From Botryllus schlosseri (taxonomy: Eukaryota): 64,000 nt of DNA. The translations under genes were made by a program, and so were the position numbers. The first letter of the stretch is position 1; the number at the start of each line of letters is the position of its first letter. Below are positions 38,701 through 49,834 of this stretch, one piece after another. A model generated the notes under the pieces. That model saw only the letters and a list, made by a program, of their open reading frames with translations, searched no databases and was not told the DNA's origin. Where the stretch lies: positions 29,948,001-30,012,000 of the forward strand of contig CM119371.1 in assembly GCA_051294905.1 (NCBI GenBank), written 5' to 3'.

Positions 38701-40371
38701 GGGGAGAGGAGGCCAAGATGACACACTTTTCTGAGATTTCAACGCCACTCGAAGAGTATTGCCTTCTGAGGATTAATTTTGGTACCAATGGAAAGCCTAT
38801 GATCTGAACTATTCATGACTATGTCTCGAGTTATATTGAACAACATACTTATGGATTCCTTGGCCCTCGAAAATCCTTATATACCGCCATGTGATGGTAA
38901 GATGAGACACACCGTGTTCAAGATGAGACACCAAGCAATTTTTGCTCATTACACACCAATTCATCCTAAATCAACTAGCTACATGATGAATAAAATACAA
39001 TAATCATGAAATAATTCATTTTTAAAAAGAATTTGTACATCATATACGAATTTAAAAGACATCGAAAACCAATTATCCATGGGTTCCAGCCACAATAAGA
39101 GTTTTGTTATTATTTTGTCTTGTAATGTCACATCTGGTCCACTACTAGATGAATAATCTATTATGTGTGCCTTGAACAGTAAATTTTGAATATTACGAGG
39201 CTTTCAATGGAGAAGCCCACTGATTACCATGTCTCAACTTACCCCCATGGATTTGTCTCATCTTACCCCCAAACCTAAATTATTGTATGAACGTCAATAA
39301 AAAATTTTCTGTCTACTACTTTTCAGAGGTAAGTGCATGATTACAGTGTTAATATTGCACTCTACCAGCTCCAGTAATGTTATTTTATAATATGAAGTAC
39401 TATAATAGGTATGCCCTTACAAACATGAATTCACATAACTGACACAGACTATGAAAATATAGTTTTTGGCATTTTTCTGCCCAACCTCAAATCTGTTTGC
39501 CTTGTTAATATGGTAGGACTATAGAATGACATTATGGGAACAACATACCTTAATTTTCCGAATATAGTGTGCCCCCATGTATAATACGCACCCTTAAAAT
39601 GGCGTGTAAATTCTGGGAAAAAGCCTGTACCCATGTATTGTACGCACTCTGCATTCGCAGTACATCAATAGTTATGTTTTAGTATTCGATGTCATTCTGT
39701 TTTGCGATGTCACTGTTGAACAATCATGACATAACGATCACTAATCATTATACACCTAACGGCATTGTCTCAAAACGATACTCGATAGCAGCCGAAGCCT
39801 GCGAGGCCCGTGACGCGATAGTTCAGACCAGCGACATATCTTGCGCACGAGGCCTATTATAGATGCGATTGCTCAGGCAAACGATTATGTCGTGCTCACC
39901 AGGTCTATTGGAGATGCGACTATAGTGTTTAGGCAAGCGATTACATCTTGCGCATATGGCGTGTTGTTAATGCGATTGTTAAGGCCTGTCGTTGACGCGA
40001 TAAATTAGCGAGCATTGCCACGTGCGCGTGCAGCAATCCAATGTCCTAATTTCGCTCGCGTACCAACGACAAACCAACCCAGCAGGAGATCGCTTGCTGT
40101 TGTACAGCGCAGACGCTAATTGGTGATGCACGATTAAAACAAACATGAAGAAAGAGCGATTTAAAGTAAATTTCGTGGGAGATATTTTTCAAGGCTTGTT
40201 GTACCCATGCATAACACGCATCCCTGATTTTAGGCCAAAAAATCGGGAAAATTTTGCGCATTATACATGGAAAATTACGGTAGTTGAAGGAATCTGTCCA
40301 TCAGAAAATTGTTCTATGAAAAAATTGCATGTCTCATCTTGCGCCGTGTCTCATCTTGGCCTCCTCTCCCC
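38701..40371. mobile_element. TA-flanked pogo-like non-autonomous element (GGGGAGAGGAGGCCAAGATGA TIR)
   Basis: Inverted termini at both ends with TA TSD; contains the nested element 39548-40280. Confidence 0.85.
39548..40280 (-). mobile_element. Tc1/mariner non-autonomous element, copy B (nested)
   Basis: TA|CCTTAATTTTCC...GGAAAATTACGG|TA. Confidence 0.82.
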
Positions 40372-40890
40372 TACTCGTGTGACGTCACATCGAGTGATGA
40401 TCGAAGACTTGAATATCCGATTGGAAGCCTGATACAGTCGGGCTTCTAATAAGACTTAATAATCGGGAAATGTCGGTACTATAATTCTAATTTTTGTTGT
40501 GAAACGTTTCTATGCTTTAATTTTAATTCTAATCTAATTTCTGGTTTTGCGGAAAATGCTACAGGGGAACTGTGTAGTGCAAATGAGCCAAGCTTTCTGT
40601 ATAGACATTTGTTTGAACTGAACTCGATTAAATTTCCGAGATTGAGCGAATTCAGTAATTCTGATTCTAATCTAATTTGGAAACAACTGTGTAGCGATAG
40701 TTCTAGTTCTAATGTAATTTGGAAAATGCTGTTATAATTATTTTTCTAGTCTAATTCGGAATATGCTGTGTAGCTATAATTCTAATTCTGATCTAGTTCG
40801 GAAAATCTGAAATCCACCAAAGTAACTGTTCAGCAATGCACCCAAATTTGTCTAACTACGGCGGTTTGAAGGGTTTTCTGATTTCTTCAG

Positions 40891-41023
40891 GTTTTCTTGA
40901 CCCACTCGACCGACGATTACAACCGACGAAACGACGATATCGACCCGGTATCTGCGTCCGCTGAATATGAGCTTGAGAAAAGGGTGGAGCAAATGGACGT
41001 GTTCCCCGTCGATTTAACGAAAG
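40891..41023 (+). CDS. PPP1R9A: Neurabin exon, PP1-binding helix ([44 protein letters not shown])
   Basis: Highly conserved neurabin segment; ttcttcag acceptor, G|GTATGC donor, 133 nt. Confidence 0.97.
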
Positions 41024-41925
41024 GTATGCTGCAGTGTTCTAGTGTGTGTGTGTTGTAGGATGGAGCAAAAAATAAATCATTTTGAATTTCAAAAAAGGGG
41101 TCTTGATGTGTGGTGCCAGACACGAAATAAATGACTTCTATCATAATTTTGGGTTCGTGCAGCCTCTAGTGGCCGTGCAATTTCACCGAACGAGCCGGAA
41201 AATAGCTAATTTTGGAATATCTTGATAACGGCTCGCACTAGAAAGCTAGTTTTGAGCTTAAAAGATACAGAAGTAACATGTTTGTATTAATCTCGTTTCC
41301 ATAGAACTTTGTAGAGCTTCTTGGACGTAGAGAACTTCAATATGCAATTGAACATGAACCTGAATGTTTTCTGCTTACACTCGTCAGGGGTAATCGTCAG
41401 GAACTAGTAGAGAATTGGAAAGAAGATGTGTGTGATACGATTGTTGATGTACAATGTACTTTCCAATTCTCTACAAGTTGCTGACGATTACTCCTGACGA
41501 GTGTCAGCCGAAAATATAAGTTACAAGCAAAATATATAAGTTAAGTTACAAGCAAAATACTCATTTTTAGTGTAAAATTGAGCACTGAAGCGGTGGGTGC
41601 GATGCTAAAAGCGTGTACCGTAAGGTTTAATCTTAATATGACTGTGAACCGTACCCAATCAGTTGAAATTGCTTCTAAAAACTTACTCAAAAAATGAAGT
41701 GCCCTTCAAGTATTAGTAGGGCTCGTGCTTCGAATAGTGACTTCTGAAACTGCATGTTAGATTGGCTGTGGTTAAAGCAGTCGTTCATGCTATTCTAGCA
41801 GAGGTACTATGCTGTCTGGTGGCACTGAACGAGAATATTGCTTTCGAGACTTGTATTTTTTTAATTCGTAGAGTTATGTGTTCCTCTCAAATTCTACCTG
41901 TTCCTAAATCAGTGTTTTCACGCAG

Positions 41926-42046
41926 GTAATGGGGGCCTCGGTCTCAGCATTATAGGAATGGGGGTTGGGGCGGACGCAGGTGTGGAAAAACTAGGAATCT
42001 TCATCAAGACCATCACAAAGGGCGGGGTCGCTGATCTCGATGGCAG
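41926..42046 (+). CDS. PPP1R9A: Neurabin PDZ exon 1 ([41 protein letters not shown])
   Basis: Neurabin PDZ signature; cacgcag acceptor, AG|GTATGG donor, 121 nt. Confidence 0.97.
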
Positions 42047-42436
42047 GTATGGTATCTGCAGCTTTAGCGACAGCTTTATAACGACTACTCTAGACCTGGC
42101 CCGTGTGAGACGAAGATATACTCGAGTATAACGTGTCATCAAAATATCATTCAATACGCTCAAAAACACTTCGGTGGTCTAAAAATTTTTGAATCCAGGC
42201 TGACGATTTGGATTTTTGCTTGAAAATTGTAATTTTTGGAACATGCGAGCGTATGTACACTGACGCTCGGATACTACCACTATAAAATCTCATGTAGTTC
42301 TGGAATGTCGCAAATATTCCAATTGTGATTGAATGAAGATTTTGTAGTGTTACTTACGCTTGTCGCTCTACTTTATGGGGAGATAGTTTTCCAGCCAGTA
42401 GCATGTATAGCTAACCCCGATATCGATTACTTACTT

Positions 42437-42885
42437 CAGTGGTTCCCAACCTTTCTCCACCCACGTACCATTTCCAGGTTTTATGCAGTGCTACCGTATC
42501 ACCTACGTAAGTTACGCCGTAAAGAAATATCAAGTTAGAATTGTGTGCGTCTCACATATGAAGGTATTTCTGTTACGTTAGGGCGATTCCAATAATATTT
42601 TACTATTCCGACAATCCTAATGCGAGGTCGAGAAATATAACATCATGCAACAAAGTGCATCATCACGTATTTCGTGCATAAGTTTTTGGAAGGCACCCCT
42701 CCATTAGCTACGCCTATTAATCTGATCACGTGTGCTGAAACTACTAATATTATCGACGAAATTCATTCGCGAGGTTGACAAAAAAACTCGACCTTGACAA
42801 ATAACTCATTTCGGCCGATAAAAAAATGGAATCTACTCGCGTACCACCTGGAAGACCTTCGCGTACCACAAGTTGGGAACCAGTG
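42437..42885. mobile_element. hAT MITE
   Basis: CAGTGGTTCCCAAC...GTTGGGAACCAGTG; TSD ACTTACTT/ACTCACTT. Confidence 0.85.
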
Positions 42886-43185
42886 ACTCACTTGCTGAAA
42901 AGTGTTGTCGGCTATCGTGCTCAGCTAATAATTCAAAATAGATTGAAAGTAATCATCATGATGATATCTTTTTGTTGTATTTGTATTTCTTTACTAAAAT
43001 AGTATTTTTTTTGTGGTAACCATGTCTATCACCCATGTTAGAGAGCGCTGCGCTGTACTGACAACTGTGTGGCCTATTCTGTCGCGATATTGAATTCATG
43101 CGGCCTGCGGCCTCTAAAAAAAGTGTCTCGCAACCCTTGACGAGTTGACGGCCCCTGACTTTAACCTTTAACATTTCTCCTTCAG

Positions 43186-43384
43186 GATCAAAGTGAACGA
43201 CCAAATCATCGAAGTGGACGGCAAGTCCCTGGTCGGGGTGACCCAGGCGTACGCTGGCGACGTGCTACGCAACACGGCCGGGACGGTGTGCTTCCAAATG
43301 GGCCGGGAAAGGGGCGACGTCGAGGACAGCGAGGTGGCCCGGCTGATACGGCAGTCCCTGGAGCAGGAAGAGATGGACAGACGC
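43186..43384 (+). CDS. PPP1R9A: Neurabin PDZ exon 2 ([20 protein letters not shown]...[19 protein letters not shown])
   Basis: PDZ C-terminal half plus the conserved post-PDZ helix; ccttcag acceptor, CGC|GTAAGG donor. Confidence 0.97.
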
Positions 43385-43902
43385 GTAAGGATATAATGCC
43401 ACAGTTTTATGTCGCGTTAAAGATAATTTGGGGTTTCCTGACTATAGCTAATTCATTGCACTTTGTGACAGTGCTGTGGGTCAATCACCACTTCACAAAT
43501 ATATCTTGTTACAATAAGGGCTGGGCAAAATCGAGTACCTGAGTGATTTGATTCTGAATCACGTACTATGCTTCGAGTCGAGTAGTTGAGTTTAACTCAT
43601 TATGACGTCATACCAGAATATACTAAGTCAAAGTTCAAATATGTACCTTTTATGCCGCCACAAAGAATATAATGCCTGTTGTCCGTCACATTAAAGTACT
43701 TTGGTATTTTTCGACCATACCGAATTCATTTTACTTCTTGACATTGTTGTGGCATGATGATGACTTCGGAAATGCTTTATTTCCAGTAACGTTTGTAGCT
43801 TTGTACTATGATTCGTACGCTGCGACACGGCCAATCAAAATTTCGAGGTTTTCTCATTGGAAAATATTATCAAAGAACCTGCAATACCGGTACCTGTATA
43901 GT

Positions 43903-44180
43903 TAGGATTACCACATCAACTACTACCTCTTGTCCTCTTTTTGACATTTTTAACGCCCAAATGTCCTCTTTTTTGTGAATTTGTCCTCTTTTTTGAGAAT
44001 TTTGGTTAAATTTATGAAAATTCAACTGGTATATAAGAAATCAGTACTCGAATAGCGGTCTGGCGGGTCTTTCGAGAGATGAGGCGAAAATCGACCTTTT
44101 TTTTTTCTTCGGTACTGTAAGTCTGGAAATTTTTTTAAATAGTGTCCTTAATTTCAGATTCCCAAAATATGGTAACCCTA
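43903..44180. mobile_element. hAT-type MITE
   Basis: TAGGATTACCA...TGGTAACCCTA; TSD TGTATAGT/TGTGTAGT; internal TGTCCTCTTTT repeats. Confidence 0.75.
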
Positions 44181-44192
44181 TGTGTAGTAGGC

Positions 44193-44753
44193 CAGTGGGT
44201 CTCAACCTTTTCGACCACCCGGGCCGGTCAAACTGTAAAACTAATGTCGCGGACCGGTGAACCCTCAAAAATCATCATTGACCCTAAATTTGACTACGGA
44301 AAATGTATGCAACTCGAATGCAATCTTGGAGTGCTGGTTATCTATAAGTAAATCTATTGAAGTTTCTGCAAGGCGACGGTCGCACTTCTGTAGCAATCGC
44401 AATCCTCTGAAAAATGTACGGCTTTGCTGTTTGCTATAGCCTCTAATATAGCCTACTGTCAAGTGACGCATAATTGCAATTTATAAACGAAGTTTGTTTC
44501 AAAGTCTCTGTATCTTTAACATGTAACTTGTCCGACTGAGTTGTGTGCTACTGTAGTTTCGCACAACACTTTTACCATTGTGACGTACGTCCAAAGAGGA
44601 TGATGAACGCTCTATTACGACACGATGCAGTTAAACTTCTAAAACAATTAAATATTTGATTTTTTATTTCTATTTGGAATTGATATATAAAATTGTAATA
44701 TATATGGCGGATCGGCAGGAAACTGGCCACGGACCGGTGGTTGGGAACCACTG
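44193..44753. mobile_element. hAT MITE
   Basis: CAGTGGGTCTCAACC...GGTTGGGAACCACTG; TSD TAGTAGGC/TAGTAGAC. Confidence 0.85.
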
Positions 44754-44793
44754 TAGTAGACAATGCATCCATTAATATATTCCATTTGCACAG

Positions 44794-44868
44794 GGTACTA
44801 TGAGCGACGATGAATTAGCGTCCAATGAGGATCCGTTGGCGTATTACCAGGACGAGGACCAGACGCAG
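44794..44868 (+). CDS. PPP1R9A: Neurabin exon (GTMSDDELASNEDPLAYYQDEDQTQ)
   Basis: ttgcacag acceptor, CAG|GTACCT donor, 75 nt, phase 0/0. Confidence 0.8.
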
Positions 44869-45642
44869 GTACCTCTAAATTCTAATTTTCAATTCTTTCA
44901 AACCCAATTTTTTGATGAGTAACTGTTTTAAGTTTATCATGGTTGACTTGTCAGCAAAATAAAATTGAGTCTGATTTGCTGGTCGGCATTTTTTACCTTG
45001 CGATCAAACTAAGGTACTATTTCAATTCTATTATTAGACCGTATCAATCAGGTATGAGCACATATGATCTAGAATGGTAATTTCCGCTCTTTAAATAGTT
45101 TGTTATCAATTCTAGACCTTCGTTTTATGATGTATGTTGTTTGATGGATTATATTTTGCAGCAGCAGCATTCGTTCAGAAATTACATCAACTCTTTTTTG
45201 TCGTAATACTGTTGAACCGCTTCCACAGCTGTATTAACGAGCTGATTGGCCCTGTTTTTCATTTCCCCAAGCGGATAGATGTACGTACAGTTTAGTAACG
45301 TTTTAGGAATTCGAGACAATGCATTTCTCCGTGTACAAGAGGTACCTGTTGACTCACTGGAGATACAATGGAAAGATGTAAATGTATACTTCAATTATAT
45401 AGATGTGGATATAAACAAGACGTTCCCACTCACCCTAAATACTATAATATAATATACTATAATAGAGAAGTAAGAACAGTACAAACTATTGCCAGTCAAC
45501 TTACTTACCATACTATTAGCATGAGAGTAACAATATTATCACATTCATTTATAATAGTATTTACGGTGATCTGGACGTTTGTGTGAGTTCATACCGTACT
45601 GTACCCGAGCCAGTGACTTTCATTGTCGAATTTTCGCCCAAG

Positions 45643-45894
45643 AGTATGTTTGAGGACGCCATTAACAAGGCTATCAGCGGCGTGGTGGTTACCACGGGAC
45701 AGACGTCGAACCCGATGTCGCGATTGGACAGCGTCGAGTACATGAAGATGAAATCCGACGACGACCTTTCCACCCCGACCGAGAAAGGCGATTCGTCAAA
45801 GAGGAAAATACACACATATGAGAACGTGGCCCTGCCGCCGGTCGGCCCTCAAAAGCAAGGGCGCGATCCTATCTACATCAATGTCGCGACCAAG
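45643..45894 (+). CDS. PPP1R9A: Probable neurabin cassette exon (SMFEDAINKAISG...EYMKM...TYENV...IYINVATK)
   Basis: GC-rich open frame and AAG|GTTTGT donor. The acceptor is uncertain: ttttcgcccaag at 45642 or tattag at 45519, both phase 0. Confidence 0.65.
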
Positions 45895-46221
45895 GTTTGT
45901 GGTCCTTCGGAATGCAAGCACGTCTCTGCACTGGCAAAGTCTAACATGAAAATTAATTTAACCGCACCCCGAATCTCATAGATGGGATTATCTATGCGAT
46001 TCGTCATACTCTGAAATTTCGCTTCTAGAACGCGTCTTGCCGAATTACGTTTTCAGCTACACGGAAGAAACATTGACGGTCTCTTGACATTGGCTTTATT
46101 CTGACGACATGAAGCTCCTTTGATTCCCCCTTTTTACCAAGTCTTATTTTACATCAGTCATCATTCTTGAATTCTCAGCTGACTCTCAGCTCAAGTATGT
46201 CAAAAGTTGCTTTCTCCAATT

Positions 46222-46879
46222 CAGTGGCTCCCAACCCTTTTACGTCTCTTCCCCCCCCCCCTTGACCGATATTTGAGCCAAAATTCCCCCCCCCCCCCTA
46301 TGAAATAGTCGCCTGTGACTAAAAAAATGTGCTTTTTAACGCGCAACCATTTGTTGACTGAGAAATTCTATGGCCAAACATATGTCGAATGCGGACCGCA
46401 CTAAACTTTGGCCGCTGACGAAAAACAAATCGTCAAGTCCGCTTGCTACGGACTTGAGTTGAATCTATGAATTTGGTATGTTTTTCACGTTTTCACTCAT
46501 ATGTTGGCTTAAAAAGTTAAACAATTACACTAGCGGCCTTGTGGTGAATTCGGCTTGACGTTTTCCTGCTTAGTAGCAATTTGGTCGAGAGGCTGTCTCG
46601 GGCCCAACGAAATCGTCTCGTGAGTCTCACTTTATCAGGGGGTGTAATATCTACGGAACGCATTGAAACATACACCTAGCTTGAAATCCGCCAAAGAAAC
46701 GTATAATTGTAAAGAACTAATTTCTACTGGACAGTTCTATACCATAAAAATCTAAAAACCTTGTGAACCCAGTGTATCTTCCGATACAATGCCAAAGCCA
46801 GATTCCCCCTAAAAAATTGAAGCCAGATTCCCCCCCTAAAAATTTCAAAATTCCCCCCCCCCCCTGTTGGGAACCACTG
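46222..46879. mobile_element. hAT MITE with poly-C tracts
   Basis: CAGTGGCTCCCAAC...GTTGGGAACCACTG; degenerate TSD CTCCAATT/CTCTAAGT. Confidence 0.8.
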
Positions 46880-47712
46880 CTCTAAGTTATAGTTGATTTG
46901 AAACTGAATCTTTACTTGAGTTCAAGTTGATTTTGTATCGGATCTTTCCATGTAGCCCCTGAATCTCTGCTGAAATCACTTTGCCCCAGCTCTTATTGCT
47001 ATACAGAGTTATTTTGTAACTCGTTCTTGATTTGGAATCAAACCTTTGCTTCAGTTTTCTTCAAGACTCTTCCATAATATATCTTATCACAGCACATCTG
47101 TCTTGTTGCAATTCATGCTTATACCATCTGATTCTTTACCTGGGTCTCTTTCAAGTTGCTTTTGTATCAAAACCTATTTCCATACGACCATTTCTTGGTA
47201 ATTCATACTTGAATTTGCGAATGAATCTTTACTTGGTCTGCCGCTGTATCTTCCGATACAATGCCAAAGCCAGATTCCCCCTAGAAAATTTAAGCCAGAT
47301 TCCCCCCCTAAAAATTTCAAAATTCCCCCCCCTGTTGGGAACCACTGCTCTAAGTTATAGTTGATTTGAAACTGAATCTTTACTTGAGTTCAAGTTGATT
47401 TTGTATCGGATCTTTCCATGTAGCCCCTGAATCTCTGCTGAAATCACTTTGCCTCAGCTGTTATTGCTATACAGAGTTATTTTGTAACTCGTTCTTGATT
47501 TGGAATCAAGCCTTTGCTTCAGTTTTCTTCAAGACTCTTCCATAATATATCTTATCACAGCGCATCTGTCTTATTGCAATTCATGCTTATACCATCTGAT
47601 TCTTTACCTGGGTCTCTTTCAAGTCGCTTTTGTATCAAATCCTATTTCAATACAACCATTTCTTGGTAATTCATACTTGAATTTGCGAATGAATCTTTAC
47701 TTGGTCAAGCCG
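46773..47712 (+). repeat. Direct tandem duplication, two units of about 470 bp
   Basis: 46773-47244 is repeated at 47245-47712 with few substitutions. Confidence 0.92.
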
Positions 47713-49834
47713 CTTATCATACGGCTGTCTTTTGCAAGTCCTATTCAAATTCACATCCGTTTCTTTACCTAGGTTGCTTTTGTATCACAATAAAGCCATT
47801 TCTTTGTGAGCCATATTTGCAATCTGTGACTGAATCTTTACTTGCGTCTCCTTCCAAGTCACCCTTGTTTCAAACCTTATCCTATGACTGTCTTGTTGAA
47901 TGTCATGCTTGAAACTGTCACTGGTTTCAAGTTACCTTCGTAGGAAATCCTATCCCAATACAGCCATCTCTCCATCATTCGTACTTGAAATTCGCAACTG
48001 AATCCTTACTAAGTCTCCTTGAATTTGCTTTTATATCAAATCTTACCATGCAGCTATCTTGTTCATTTTCATCTTTCGTTTGCACTTGAAGCTTAAGTAG
48101 AGTGTCTACTATTTGTTTTCTTCTACCTTAGTTCGACTCACGTTGAAACTTCGTTGTGGCGAGGTTCCTTGCGTGCAGGGCGCACCTATTACTTTTGTAT
48201 ATGACTCAGGTATATTTTGGCATGAGAATAGGCATTTGCTTCGGAGACACTACAGCATAGCGTCACAGCAAATGGGTTTGATTCACCTTGGGGGAAATAT
48301 TGGTTGAAATTCACCCGTCCTACACTCATTTTTAGTTTTATATCCAAGTAATCACTGTATTATTCTAAATTTTGACACTGGTAAGAGGCATTAAAGCGAT
48401 CCAAATTGTACCATGTGACGAACTGTGAACTGTTCTTTGTTGAACCACGTGAACGAGGACTGACATCTATCATGCATTTAAGTATATTTACTGTCCTGTC
48501 ACCGAAATAGATGGCCTTGTTAGTTTATTTCTGTGCTGGTTAGGTACATGTCTTCAAATGGACTGGCACCTACAACGCCACCCTTCCACAAGCAGACAGA
48601 GCAGGATGCCATCTTGTCTCCTGATTTTCACTGCAAATGGCTATAGCACCTATCCTTCTATCTCTTGTTATCTGTCTCTCGCTATCTTTTCCTATCTTTC
48701 ATTGATCATCTCTGTTTGGATTGCTGTTATTTTTGTGAAACAGTGGTGTGTCTTATAGAATGGTAACTTTGGCAATTGTGTACGGGAACATTGTCACTAA
48801 TGCCGACGATATCTCGGCGTCAACAAATTCTTGGCATTCGCGGAATCGATCTTGAGAACTGAGCCCTACAATCTTGTGAATATTCTTGACATTGTTTCCT
48901 ACAATGGATTGAATTCATACTTCATCAACTAGCTACTAACAATGTTGACAAGCTGGTTGTATAACAAACTATGCAGGGCATATGCATCTTATCAATATAC
49001 TTACACTGACATCCTCAAGTAGTGCTTTGCTGTACGGGCTATTTGCAATCAAGTTTACTCATTCGTCACGTTGCATGTAAGAAATCCTAGGACTTTGCGG
49101 CTACCAGGTAGATGGAGATTGCATGCAAAAATGTAGCCGATATGTCATTTATTTGCTAGGGTGGTTATTTCGTTGGGTTAAAGTTTTGGTAAAGTTATGT
49201 TGTATATTTGGGGTGGAATGTTAGCTATATTGCGGTTCACGTGATAGCGTTTCTATTGGGAATAGTCTTGCCATTTTTATGCCGACTTGTGTACAGCTCA
49301 TAGATTGGGAAAGTTTGTTGTTGATGGTAATAATTTTGAAGGAATATCCTGCATGTTATGATGTAATTACCATAATACGTAATGATTAGAATTTTAACGG
49401 AGTGTAGTAAAAGGAACTGAATTGTGATAGCAGAGACCCTGCATTTTCTGACACAATTCTTTCAAGAATACACGTACTTTGATGTGAAGTGTACCAGTGT
49501 ATTACTAACTGGTATCTTGTGAATTTCTACGAAATGTTAGCACTCAGGGGATTAAGATTATGCATTTCACAGATGTGATATTTTAGACTTACGTTGACCG
49601 ACCATGTACAAAGCGTTTCTTGTAGCGGGTTGATTATGGTGGCTTAGTTCTTGTACCTACATATTAATAAGTCTCGTCCTCTGATGCTGATGAGAGATTT
49701 CAGACAGACTATTCCAGCAGAAGATTTATTAGATTAAAGCTAATAATCCTAACTACATCTGAGGAAAGAAGCAATGCGAGAAAGCAACATTACTGCACTA
49801 CTGTGAGCGCAGGCGGCAGCATATATGAGCACTG

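Noticed and set aside
47032..47772. Two near-identical ORFs (MESNLCF / MESSLCF) suggesting duplicated genes
   Set aside because: By-product of the 470-bp intronic tandem duplication; TTG starts and no domain.
48201..48215. ATG ACT CAG|GTATAT micro first exon (MTQ)
   Set aside because: Phase-compatible but too short and weak to distinguish from chance.
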